DNA of 64,000 bases from Armatimonadota bacterium. GTDB taxonomy: Bacteria > Armatimonadota > Zipacnadia > Zipacnadales > UBA5352. Below are positions 38,052 through 47,049 of this stretch, piece by piece (the stretch's first letter is position 1; every line of letters starts with the position of its first letter). A program made the translations under genes and the position numbers. The stretch lies in the NCBI GenBank assembly GCA_034722055.1, contig JAYENL010000130.1, positions 18,021-82,020 of the forward strand, given 5' to 3'. The notes under the pieces are model-generated. The model had not been told where the DNA came from. It searched no databases and was given only the letters and a program-made list of their open reading frames with translations.

Positions 38052-39314
38052 CTACTGAACGAGCTTCACCTCGGTGCATTCGTATCCGCTGTCGGCGCTG
38101 GCGGGGCCCTCGTGCGTGCTGGCCGAGCCGGTCAGCTCCACGATCTCGGCGACCAGGCCCACTTCGTACATGTGCTCGCTGGATCCGTCGAAGTAGAGGC
38201 TGCCGCCCGGAGCGTAGAGGATCCCGCTGGCCTGACAGTTGGAGGCGTCCACCCATATCGCGTCGGCGGCAGTTCCCGCCCCGCCCATGGTGCTGAAGGC
38301 GGTGAGGTCGCGGACGAACGGTGAGAAGCTGCTGTAGACGCCGTTGACGTAGATCTGGCCGCCCGCCACCATGGTGACGCGGTCGAAGATCGTATCTGAG
38401 CCGTTGATGAAGATGTCGCCGTCCACGACGAAGAGAGCATCCTGGCACTGGCAGCCGTTGGCATTGATGATCATGTCCCCGCGCACGCGCCAGCGGCCTG
38501 AGGCCAGCGAGGCATCGGACTGGTCGATGTAGATGCTGCTCACCTCGTGGTCCCACGGCCCTTGGTCGAAGTCCTGCCACATGAAGTCCACCGGGTACTC
38601 CTCGATGTCCGCGGCCACTGTCTGACCGCCGACCGAGAAGCCGGAGCCGGAAATGTCCAGGTCATTGCGGTACTCGACATCACCGGTGACCGAGAGGTTC
38701 GAGCCATTGATGTAGACGCCAGTGTTGGAGTGGATACTCCCATTGAGGGTGTTGCCGGAGCCGTTCAGGGTAATACCGTCAACACCGGGATCGGTGGAGG
38801 CGGCGAAGATGAAGCTGTCGGAGAGGCCATTTCGCCACAGCTCAGCGCGGGCGAGCGCCCCGCGCTCCAGTGTCACCTGCTCGGCGCCGAGGGCCTTGGC
38901 GAAGGAGAACTCGAACTCCGCCTGCCCCACCACTTCGGCAGCGTACTGCCGGTGCCCGAGAGTCCCGCAGCCGGGCACCTCATCGCCCGGAACGTAGTAA
39001 TGGACCGTGGAGGTGACCTGCCAAGGCGAGGCGTTGTTGTTGGCGGCGACTGTTTCGGAGACTGCGACGTCCCGGCTGCCCAGCTCCGCCGTGTTCGCCG
39101 CGCCGGCCAGCGCCGCGGCATCGGTGACGTCCTGCACGCGCTGGACGGCCAGGGTCATGGCCCCGATGTCGAAGACCAGCGCCGCCACGCCCATCAGCAC
39201 GGGAAGGGCTGCGACGGTGAGAGAGGAGACGGAACCGCGGCGACCCCCGCGGCGATCCAGAGTGGGATGCGTCAAGAACGCCAATAGCCGCCGACTGCTC
39301 GCACGCTGACCCAT
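38052..39314 (-). CDS. TadG-like pilus-associated protein
   Basis: RRGS..ALVFDIG..QRVQDVTDAAALAGA Tad domain, followed by an N/G/S-rich beta-helix-like region. Confidence 0.75.
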   Translation of the reverse strand: MGQRASSRRLLAFLTHPTLDRRGGRRGSVSSLTVAALPVLMGVAALVFDIGAMTLAVQRVQDVTDAAALAGAANTAELGSRDVAVSETVAANNNASPWQVTSTVHYYVPGDEVPGCGTLGHRQYAAEVVGQAEFEFSFAKALGAEQVTLERGALARAELWRNGLSDSFIFAASTDPGVDGITLNGSGNTLNGSIHSNTGVYINGSNLSVTGDVEYRNDLDISGSGFSVGGQTVAADIEEYPVDFMWQDFDQGPWDHEVSSIYIDQSDASLASGRWRVRGDMIINANGCQCQDALFVVDGDIFINGSDTIFDRVTMVAGGQIYVNGVYSSFSPFVRDLTAFSTMGGAGTAADAIWVDASNCQASGILYAPGGSLYFDGSSEHMYEVGLVAEIVELTGSASTHEGPASADSGYECTEVKLVQ

Positions 39315-39610
39315 CGGTCTCACTCCTGCGTGTGTTGCCGGCGGTGCCACCAACTTTACTACATGCCTGCCGCAATGACCCTCTGGAAGCAGTCAATTCT
39401 TCCTCAAGATACGCTCAAACGAAGCCGCCCCGAAATAGCGCCTTTGCAGTCTGCCTCCCGCGCTGGGACGCTGTTCGCGGCTCTGTCACCAACCAGGGGC
39501 CGCAAAGTGATCTGCCCCGAAGCATTGACGCGAAGGGCCCTCCTGTGGCATCATATTCGCGCCGCGTGAGGCGTGCCTGGGCGCCATTGAGATGAGGAGG
39601 CACCGCTGCC

Positions 39611-40225
39611 ATGCATCGAGCAGCCGTCTGTGTCACGATCACCGTGGCCCTGGCGCTCGCCTGTGGAGTGGCCTGGGCACAGGACTACATCACCGATACG
39701 GTGGACCCGCTTGCCCCCTACATGCATGACCTTGAGCGGGTGTACGCACTGGGAATCATGGAGGGCTATCAGGACGACACCTTCCGGCCTGACCAGAACG
39801 TGGAGCGTGGCGAGCTGTGGGTGGCCTTCAACCGCCTCATCGACGTGCTGCGGATGAAGGGGATGGAGCTGCCCGAGGACTACAAGCCATATCTGGCGAC
39901 GTATGGCCGGGGCGTCCGCGACCACTGGGGCATGGAGGCCTGGGAGCGGATGACCAAGACCCACCTCATCGACCGTCGTCCGGTAGCGCTGGTGATGGAC
40001 CTCGATGCCGAGATCAAGCGCATCGAGTTCGCCGAGCTTGCGGTGGGTGTCCTACGGGGGTACGGCATGCTGCAGGCCGACCTCGCACCCGCCGAGGTCG
40101 CCATCGGCGAGGAGATCATGGTCCGCCAGGAGGATGGGCACTTCCACTTCCAGGGGGCGATGCCCCGCTGGGAGATGGCGGTGGCACTGTCGAGGCTCCT
40201 GAACCGAGTCGCTCCCGACCTCTGA
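39611..40225 (+). CDS. S-layer homology (SLH) domain protein
   Basis: Signal peptide; GIMEGYQDDTFRPDQNVERGE plus two degenerate SLH repeats. Confidence 0.75.
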   Translation: MHRAAVCVTITVALALACGVAWAQDYITDTVDPLAPYMHDLERVYALGIMEGYQDDTFRPDQNVERGELWVAFNRLIDVLRMKGMELPEDYKPYLATYGRGVRDHWGMEAWERMTKTHLIDRRPVALVMDLDAEIKRIEFAELAVGVLRGYGMLQADLAPAEVAIGEEIMVRQEDGHFHFQGAMPRWEMAVALSRLLNRVAPDL

Positions 40226-40248
40226 GCCGCCAGCGCACTCGTCCCGCC

Positions 40249-40275
40249 AGGCCCGGCGCCCGCTGCGCCGGGCCT
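40249..40275. terminator. GC hairpin between convergent genes
   Basis: 11-bp stem AGGCCCGGCGC/GCGCCGGGCCT; weak U-tract. Confidence 0.4.
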
Positions 40276-40384
40276 TCTGCGCGCAGGGCTGCTACCGGCA
40301 TGGGCAGGCGAAGGCGGCCTGAGGCGCGTCTTTCAGGTGGACGGTTCGGAGGTGCGGGAGAGCGTCCGACTGAACTGCGCGCGG

Positions 40385-40762
40385 CTACGAGACACGCACC
40401 CCGCACTCGGGGCAGAAGCTGGCCTCCGCCGGCAGCGTCGCGCCGCACTCGGGACAGGTGGGCTGTGTCTGCGCCTCGTCGGACTGCTCGTCCGCGCGCA
40501 GGTCCTTGATCTGGGCGCGTATCTCCATCATCTGGGCCTCGATCTCCCTGGCGCGCTCGATGAGCACGGCCAGCTCCTCGTCGTGGACCTGCCGCATGGT
40601 CAGCAGCTCCCTGGCGCGCTTGCCGGCCTCCTCGTACGCCCGATCAAGGTCGTTCTCCAGCGCCCCCATCTTGGTCTGCAGCTTCAGGATCTCCGCCTCT
40701 CGGCCGGCGGAGCCGGCAAGATCCCCTATCGCCTCTCTGGCCTTCCTCAGGAAGTCATCCAT
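40385..40762 (-). CDS. coiled-coil protein with C-terminal zinc ribbon
   Basis: Helical body ending in CPECG..ASFCPECG. Confidence 0.75.
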   Translation of the reverse strand: MDDFLRKAREAIGDLAGSAGREAEILKLQTKMGALENDLDRAYEEAGKRARELLTMRQVHDEELAVLIERAREIEAQMMEIRAQIKDLRADEQSDEAQTQPTCPECGATLPAEASFCPECGVRVS

Positions 40763-40903
40763 GCTGGCACTCCGAGCCGCTTCCGTGATCTCGCATTCGA
40801 TTCTTCGGCCCACGCCAGCCGAACACCTGCATGCGGGGAGGACGCCGCGGCCGGCGACGCGAAGATGAACCTGCAGACAGCCACTCGAGGAGGTGCTCGG
40901 AGG

Positions 40904-42295
40904 ATGCTGCTCAGAGCCGCCGTCATGTTAGTCATGATCGCCGTCTGCCTGGCCGCCCACGCCCAGGCGCCGAAGCTGCTGCTGCGCGCCGCCTTCGACG
41001 GCTCGACCGATCTCGAGCCCGGCGGCGAGGGCGAGCTGGTGGCCGCCGAGTTCGCCGATGGACGCGACGGCCAGGCCATCCGCGCCACCGCCGCGGACCA
41101 GCCCGCCGCGCGCATCCCACTGGACGTCGCCAGCGCAGACGAGGGCACGCTGATGTTCTGGTTCCGCTGCGACGAGCCCAACCCGCCCGACCGCTCGGAG
41201 CGGGTTCACTGGACGCCGGTCACCACCGGCGGCGAGCCCGGGCCGCGCATCGACGTCCACCAGATGTACCACCAGGCCCAGATCCAGGCCCGCAATCCCT
41301 GGGGGGAGGACCACTCCGGCGGCGCCCGGGCCGTCTACAGCCACCTCATCCCCGGCAAGTGGTACCACCTCGCCTACACCTGGCGGAAGGCCGGCAACGA
41401 CGTCTGCTACTGGCTCTTCGGCGAGGCTCAGAGCGACACTCTCGGCAAGTGGAATGAGCTGGAACACACCGACGCCCAGTGGGCGGACACGCTCCAGGTC
41501 GGCTCCGCGCTCGGCAGCATCGACGATCTGCGCATCTACGATCGCGCCATGACCGGCGAGGAAATCCAGGCCGCCGGCGAGTACCGCGACGGGGAGGCCA
41601 TGTACGATGAGGGCAAGGTCTTCTTCGACACCGTTCTCGACATCGACGCCCTGAAGGGCGAGCTGATCGCGGAGGACACTTTCGACGAGCCCTGGCAGGG
41701 AAACTGGACGCTGGAGGGACCCGGCATCCTGACGCAGGAGGACGGCCGGCTGCGCCTCCAGGAGCCCGAGCCCGGCACCGAGGGCGCCAACCACATCGTG
41801 CTGTGGAACGACACGCCGACGCCCAAGGACTTCATCGCGCAGTGGGACTTCACGCCCAATGACGTCGCCGGCCTGTGCATCGTGTTCTTCTCCGCCAAGG
41901 GACTGGGCGGGGAGAGGATCTTCGACCCCGGACTGGAGGAGCGCGATGGGACCTTCAGCCAGTATCACTCCGGGGATATCAACTGCTACCACATCTCCTA
42001 CTTCCGCAACACCTGCTCGCGCTCACCCAACACCGCCCTGCGCAAGAACAAGGGCTTCTGGCGCTGCTCCGCGGGGTATGATTACATTCCGCTGGAGACG
42101 GGCGTGACCAGCACCATCACGCTGGTCAAGCGCGGCGCGCACATCCAGTTCGCCATCAACGATCGCGTCTCCATCGACTGGGTGGACGACGGGGTCAGCC
42201 GCGGCCCGGTCTGGGGCGGAGGGCACATCGGCCTCCGCCAGATGATGACCACCGATGGCTGGTACGACAACTTCCGCGTGTGGGCGATCAAGTAG
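40904..42295 (+). CDS. secreted LamG-like plus DUF1961 (YesU-like) protein
   Basis: Signal peptide; KWYHLAYTW..IDDLRIYDRA (LamG); YHSGDINCYHISYFR..LRKNKGF..GGHIGLRQM. Confidence 0.7.
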   Translation: MLLRAAVMLVMIAVCLAAHAQAPKLLLRAAFDGSTDLEPGGEGELVAAEFADGRDGQAIRATAADQPAARIPLDVASADEGTLMFWFRCDEPNPPDRSERVHWTPVTTGGEPGPRIDVHQMYHQAQIQARNPWGEDHSGGARAVYSHLIPGKWYHLAYTWRKAGNDVCYWLFGEAQSDTLGKWNELEHTDAQWADTLQVGSALGSIDDLRIYDRAMTGEEIQAAGEYRDGEAMYDEGKVFFDTVLDIDALKGELIAEDTFDEPWQGNWTLEGPGILTQEDGRLRLQEPEPGTEGANHIVLWNDTPTPKDFIAQWDFTPNDVAGLCIVFFSAKGLGGERIFDPGLEERDGTFSQYHSGDINCYHISYFRNTCSRSPNTALRKNKGFWRCSAGYDYIPLETGVTSTITLVKRGAHIQFAINDRVSIDWVDDGVSRGPVWGGGHIGLRQMMTTDGWYDNFRVWAIK

Positions 42296-42314
42296 CGCCG
42301 GGGAGACCAGGAAC

Positions 42315-42632
42315 ATGGACCTCGACGAGGCGCTGCGACAACTGAGGGCGGAGCTCGAGGAGCTCTACGGCGAGCGCCTCAAGGGCCTGTATCTGTTCGG
42401 CTCCCGCGCCCGCGGCGACGCCGAGCCGGACTCGGACGTGGACGTGGCCGTGGTGCTGGACGACTTCGAGTACGAGTCAGACGAGCTCACGCGCATGGCG
42501 CCGGTGCTGAACAGGCTGTCGCTTGAATGTGACCTGGTCTTCGCTGCGGTCCCGATCCGCGCCAGCGAATGGGCAGGTGGCGGCAGCCCCCTGATGCTGA
42601 ATCTCCGTCGCGAGGGAGTGCCGCTGCCATGA
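42315..42632 (+). CDS. minimal nucleotidyltransferase (MNT) 1
   Basis: LYLFGSRARGDAEPDSDVDVAVVL. Confidence 0.9.
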   Translation: MDLDEALRQLRAELEELYGERLKGLYLFGSRARGDAEPDSDVDVAVVLDDFEYESDELTRMAPVLNRLSLECDLVFAAVPIRASEWAGGGSPLMLNLRREGVPLP

Positions 42633-43018
42633 CCGAGGAGATGCGCGTACTGCTGGCCGACGCAAGGCGGAATGCGTCGGCCGCACGTGACTTGCTGGAT
42701 CGGGGAGACTCGGACGACATCGCGGCCTCTCGAGCCTACTACGCCATGTTCTACGTCGCTGAGGCCGCCCTGCTCAGCCTCGACCTGTCCTACAGCAAGC
42801 ACCAGGCCGTGGTGTCGGCGTTCGGCAGGGAGTTCGCCAAGGGCGGGATACTCCCCCGGGAGCTTCACGGCCACCTTCGGGAAGCGTTTGGGCTGCGCCA
42901 GACGGCCGACTACGCCACGGGGGCGAGCGTGTCCCGCGCTGCTGCGGAGGAAGTCGTTGACCGCGCCGAGCAGTTCATCGACGCCATCGAGGATTACCTG
43001 CGGCAGCAGACAGAGTAG
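42629..43018 (+). CDS. HEPN domain protein 1 (UPF0332/COG1895-like)
   Basis: SRAYYAMFY..SKHQAVVSAFGREF..LRQTADY; ATGA overlap with MNT1. Confidence 0.88.
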   Translation: MTEEMRVLLADARRNASAARDLLDRGDSDDIAASRAYYAMFYVAEAALLSLDLSYSKHQAVVSAFGREFAKGGILPRELHGHLREAFGLRQTADYATGASVSRAAAEEVVDRAEQFIDAIEDYLRQQTE

Positions 43019-43210
43019 CTCGGAACCTCGCGCTCCAGGCCGGTTGGTGAGGTAGATGGACCTTCACGAGGCGCTGCGACAACTGAGGGCGGAGCTTGAG
43101 GAGCTCTACGGTGAGCGCCTCAAGGGTCTGTATCTGTTCGGCTCCCGCGCCCGCGGCGACGCCGAGCCGGACTCGGACGTGGACGTGGCCGTGGTGCTGG
43201 ACGACTTCGA
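42965..43210 (+). repeat. 246-bp constant junction block, copy A
   Basis: About 16 mismatches against 43703-43948 by manual count; partial copies at 42315-42469 and 44441-44477. Confidence 0.9.
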
Positions 43211-43373
43211 CTCGGCATTCGAGGAGATCGACCGGATGGCTGAGGTCGGGACCCGGATCTCGCTGGCGGCGGATCTCGCTATCACCAAGATACCTCTCAC
43301 CGAGGCCCAGTGGCGAGATAAGCAGACGGCGTTCCTGCGCAACGCCCGCCGGGAGGCGGTGAGCATCGAGTGA
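43056..43373 (+). CDS. minimal nucleotidyltransferase (MNT) 2
   Basis: First 51 aa nearly identical to MNT1, C-half divergent. Confidence 0.9.
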   Translation: MDLHEALRQLRAELEELYGERLKGLYLFGSRARGDAEPDSDVDVAVVLDDFDSAFEEIDRMAEVGTRISLAADLAITKIPLTEAQWRDKQTAFLRNARREAVSIE

Positions 43374-43756
43374 ATGAAGAGCAGGCGGCAATGGTGGGAA
43401 GGGCACGCAGCGCACTCAGGCTGGCGCGTGTCGCCCTGCGCGAGGATGAGGCGAATGCCGCCGCATCGCAGGCGTACTACGCCATGTTCCACGCGGCCAA
43501 TGCTGCCCTGGCATCACTGGGTCTTGGCTTCTCGAAGCACTCGGCGGTCCAGAGCGCCTTCGGTCGCGAATTCGCCAAGACTGGCCGCCTGCCCCGGCAA
43601 CTGCATCGCTGGCTGATCTCCGCCTTCGAGAAGCGGGTCATAGCAAACTACGACTACACGTCGCATGTCGAGGACGAAGAGGCGAGCGAAGTCGTCGAGC
43701 AGGCCGAGCAGTTCATCGCCGCCATCGAGGATTACCTGCGGGAGCAGACAGAGTAG
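43370..43756 (+). CDS. HEPN domain protein 2
   Basis: SQAYYAMFHA..SKHSAVQSAFGREF..KRVIANY; GTGA overlap. Confidence 0.88.
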   Translation: MNEEQAAMVGRARSALRLARVALREDEANAAASQAYYAMFHAANAALASLGLGFSKHSAVQSAFGREFAKTGRLPRQLHRWLISAFEKRVIANYDYTSHVEDEEASEVVEQAEQFIAAIEDYLREQTE

Positions 43757-43948
43757 CTCGGACCCTCGTGCTCCAGGCCGGTCGGTGAGGTACATGGACC
43801 TTGACGAGGCGCTGCGACAACTGAGGGCGGAGCTCGAGGAGCTCTACGGCGAACGCCTCAGAGGCCTGTATCTGTTCGGCTCCCGCGCACGCGGCGACGC
43901 CGAGCCGGACTCGGACGTGGACGTGGCGGTTGTGCTGGACGACTTCGA
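43703..43948 (+). repeat. 246-bp constant junction block, copy B
   Basis: Direct repeat of 42965-43210. Confidence 0.9.
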
Positions 43949-44111
43949 GTCGGTCTACACGGAGATCAGGCGCATGTCGGAGGTCGGCGCCCGGACATCT
44001 CTCGATCTCGACCTGCACGTTAGCCTCATCCCGGTGCGTGAGGCCGACTGGCGTGAAGGGACGAGTATATTCCTCCGCAACGTCGCTCGGGAAGGAGTCT
44101 CGGTCCATTGA
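43794..44111 (+). CDS. minimal nucleotidyltransferase (MNT) 3
   Basis: Same N-half as MNT1/2 (one K->R against MNT1), divergent C-half. Confidence 0.9.
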   Translation: MDLDEALRQLRAELEELYGERLRGLYLFGSRARGDAEPDSDVDVAVVLDDFESVYTEIRRMSEVGARTSLDLDLHVSLIPVREADWREGTSIFLRNVAREGVSVH

Positions 44112-44488
44112 ACCCCGAGGTGCGCGGCAAGCTTGATCGCGCTGGATCATCATTGGAGGCGGCGCGCGTCCTGGCGGCTGAGGATCTGGCCAACCAGGCG
44201 GCTGCCGAGGCGTATTACGCGATGTTCCACGCCGCGACCGCGGCCCTGGCCGCACGTGACCAAAGCTACTCCAAGCACTCAGCGGTGATAAGCGCCTTCG
44301 GCCGCGAGTTCGCGAAGACCGGCGAACTGCCGGCGGAACTGCACCGGCGACTCCGGGAGGCCTTTGAGACCCGCCTCTCGGCGACGTATGACTACACCCA
44401 CCAAGTGACCGTTGCCGAGGCCGTCGCTCTCTGCGACGAGGCCGAGCAGTTCATCGCCGCCATCGAGCACTACCTGCAGCGGCGATAG
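44108..44488 (+). CDS. HEPN domain protein 3
   Basis: EAYYAMFHA..SKHSAVISAFGREF..TRLSATY; TTGA overlap. Confidence 0.88.
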   Translation: MNPEVRGKLDRAGSSLEAARVLAAEDLANQAAAEAYYAMFHAATAALAARDQSYSKHSAVISAFGREFAKTGELPAELHRRLREAFETRLSATYDYTHQVTVAEAVALCDEAEQFIAAIEHYLQRR

Positions 44489-44491
44489 CCA

Positions 44492-44932
44492 TCATGACTG
44501 CGCCTGGGAGGGAACGTCCTCTTCGCGCTTGAGCCCAGGGACGGAAGAGAGCTTGCGGTCGAAGGAGTAGAGCCGCCCCTCGCACTCCTCCAGCGCTGCC
44601 GCACAGGCGCAGGCGTCTCCGAAGTGCTTCACCGTGTCCCTGAAGAGCCGCAAGGCGCGCAAATACCGCGGCGTATCGGTCATCAAGAAGCCATCGGTCT
44701 GGAGAAGGGGAATGAGCCCGTCGCTGATTTCCTCGTTGGGCAGTTCGTAATAGGAGGAGGGCACGTAGACTACCTCAGCAAGCGTCACAGGGTCGCAGAC
44801 TACTGCAGCCTTCCCCCGCTGCGCGCTGCGGAGAATCGTGGCCGCCTTGGCTGCCAGGGCTTCCTCGTCTCGCAGCAGGAAGCGCAGAATCACGTTGGCG
44901 TCGATTACCCACAGTTCCCGCGTGTTACTCAT
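44492..44932 (-). CDS. PIN domain (VapC-like) toxin
   Basis: VIDANVILRFL..TLAEVVY..FGDA..LYSFDRKL acidic PIN residues. Confidence 0.85.
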   Translation of the reverse strand: MSNTRELWVIDANVILRFLLRDEEALAAKAATILRSAQRGKAAVVCDPVTLAEVVYVPSSYYELPNEEISDGLIPLLQTDGFLMTDTPRYLRALRLFRDTVKHFGDACACAAALEECEGRLYSFDRKLSSVPGLKREEDVPSQAQS

Positions 44933-45176
44933 CCGCCACCTGCTTGGCTACAGCTTCCTGCGCCTCACGCCGGACGGTGTCCCACTCGGCATCCCTGCCC
45001 TGCGCGTACTCGTGGAAGATCCCGAACAGCTCGTCAACCGATCTGAGAGGCCACAGCACTGCCTCATCCTCGCGGGCCTCCAGTGCCAACTCGTCCCCGG
45101 GCTGTATACCCAGCTTCCGACGAACATCGGCAGGTATCGTGATGCGGCCCTGTTCCGAGACCCTGACCTTTGTCAT
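44925..45176 (-). CDS. AbrB/MazE/SpoVT-fold antitoxin (VapB-like)
   Basis: MTKVRVSEQGRITIPADVRRKLGIQPGDEL; overlaps the PIN gene; AGGAGG RBS. Confidence 0.88.
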   Translation of the reverse strand: MTKVRVSEQGRITIPADVRRKLGIQPGDELALEAREDEAVLWPLRSVDELFGIFHEYAQGRDAEWDTVRREAQEAVAKQVADE

Positions 45177-45360
45177 GTCGGCGTACCTCCTGCTCTCCAT
45201 CTTACCCATGTTCCCAGGACCGCACAAGACGCCGCATGGGCCCCGAAACTCGGAGGCTCCAAGACCGCTCCGACCAGGACGAGCTTTCAGCCCGCCAGGC
45301 AGCGAACGCCCGAGAGGTCCGGAGGGTGATTCCTCACGCCGGATCGAGGCGGGAGCCGAC

Positions 45361-47016
45361 TCAGGAGCGGTCAGTTCGGCGCAGCAGCACGCCGCCGTCG
45401 TCGAAGCGCTTGACGATCTCGAATCCCGGCAGCGGCTGCTCCCCCGCCATGATCGGCTCCCAGGCGACGGTCATCCCCCGGTTGCCGGGGCGGTGCTTGA
45501 TATGCACCCAGTCCGCGGGCACCATCTGCTCGTGCATGCGGAGGAACTGCTCCGGCGTCAGCGGCAGGCCGATGGCGTACATCCCCGGGCTCCACGCCAC
45601 CAGCGCGTGGTGCGTGGACACCACCACGTCGTCCTGCGAGCCGTGGGAGGAGAGGTATCCCGCCAGCGTCCGGGCCCGCTCGAGCGCCTCCTGGTGATAG
45701 GGCCCGACGGCCAGGTCGAACAGCGTCGGGACGGCCATGAGGGCCACGATGAGCCCCAGGGGGATCACCGCCAGCCGCATGGAGGCGCCGTAGCGGCGCA
45801 GCAGCTCGAAGCCGAAGGCCGCGCCCAGCGTAGCGCAGAGCGGCCCCAGCGGGTCCAGATAGCGGTTCACCGAGACCCCGCCGTGCCCGTAGGACGCCAG
45901 CGGCAGCAGCAGCAGTTGCTCGGCCGCCAGAGCGTAGACCAGCCAGTGCAGGCGCACTCGCTTCCCGCCCGCCAGCACCACCACCATCTCCGCCACGAAC
46001 AGCGCCACCAGCAGGGCCATGCCGCCCATGGTCACGAAGTCCGGCCACGCCCGTTCCGCGATCCGGGCGTACTTGCGGGCCATCACGCCCGGGTGCGCGC
46101 GGATGAACTCCAGCGTCCCCCAGCTCTCCAGCACGTGTGAGGAGCCCCGGCCGGGATACAGGCCCGTGTCGCGCCGAGTGCTGATGTCCTGCTGCGCCGA
46201 GTAGCCGAACTCCCCGGCCAGATGCTGCATCTGCAGCCCCCACCAGACCATCGCGATAATCAGCGGGATGCAGAACATCAGCGCGCGGCCTACGGCTCGG
46301 AGCCAGCCGGCGTCCCAGGAGCGCCACAGGACGAACAGGACCATCAGCGGCGCCCACAGCATCATCGTCGAGCGCCCCAGATAGCCGATGCCCACCGCCC
46401 CTCCCGCGGCCAGGGCCACCGGCCAGGTCAGCCGGAACGTGAAGAGGTAGGCCACGGCCGCCAGCGCGAAGATGGTGCTGCTCTCCGTCAGGCCCGTGAC
46501 GCCGTACCATAGCCCGGCCGGTGAGAGAGTGTAGCCGCAGGCCGCCAGGGCTCCGGCGCCTCGTCCCCCAAGCCGGTCGCCGAGGAGGAACACCAGGGGC
46601 ACCGAGAGCACGAAGAAGACCCCGGACGAGAGCGCCACCGCCGTGGGCTCGGAGGTCACGTGCGTCAGCGCAGCGATGGCCATCACGGGGAGCGGGGCAC
46701 GCGTGGCGCTGGGCCAGGGCGGGTCCTCCCTCCCCCGCTCGGCCAGGCCGGCGACCATCGACGGAACGGCCGCTCGGGTGGTGAAGCCCCTCCCGGCCGC
46801 CAGCTCCCGCGCCGCCGCCACCGCCTCCATGGTGTCCTCGCGAGGCAACACGTGGAAGTCGGTCCGCGCCAGGTAGGCTGCATAGACGGCGGCGGCCAGC
46901 ACCAGCACGATGAGCGCTGCTCGCGCCGGCGGGCGAGCCGGGCCCTCCTGCCCGCCGGCGCCTTCCCCGCCCTCTCCGCCCGGGCCGGACCTCCGCTCAT
47001 CGACCACCCTGGTCAC
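45361..47016 (-). CDS. GT-C fold (ArnT-like) membrane glycosyltransferase
   Basis: EDTMEAVAAARELAAGRGF..RAPL, many TM helices, LTE and RY motifs. Confidence 0.65.
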   Translation of the reverse strand: MTRVVDERRSGPGGEGGEGAGGQEGPARPPARAALIVLVLAAAVYAAYLARTDFHVLPREDTMEAVAAARELAAGRGFTTRAAVPSMVAGLAERGREDPPWPSATRAPLPVMAIAALTHVTSEPTAVALSSGVFFVLSVPLVFLLGDRLGGRGAGALAACGYTLSPAGLWYGVTGLTESSTIFALAAVAYLFTFRLTWPVALAAGGAVGIGYLGRSTMMLWAPLMVLFVLWRSWDAGWLRAVGRALMFCIPLIIAMVWWGLQMQHLAGEFGYSAQQDISTRRDTGLYPGRGSSHVLESWGTLEFIRAHPGVMARKYARIAERAWPDFVTMGGMALLVALFVAEMVVVLAGGKRVRLHWLVYALAAEQLLLLPLASYGHGGVSVNRYLDPLGPLCATLGAAFGFELLRRYGASMRLAVIPLGLIVALMAVPTLFDLAVGPYHQEALERARTLAGYLSSHGSQDDVVVSTHHALVAWSPGMYAIGLPLTPEQFLRMHEQMVPADWVHIKHRPGNRGMTVAWEPIMAGEQPLPGFEIVKRFDDGGVLLRRTDRS

Positions 47017-47049
47017 CTCCGGGCGCGTACCCGGTCGCCCGAGCCATGC

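Noticed and set aside
42965..43948. Integron cassette array (attC sites) explaining the MNT-HEPN repeats
   Set aside because: The repeats are mostly coding, the 37-bp spacer has no RYYYAAC/GTTRRRY ends or attC-type palindrome, and no integrase is in the window.
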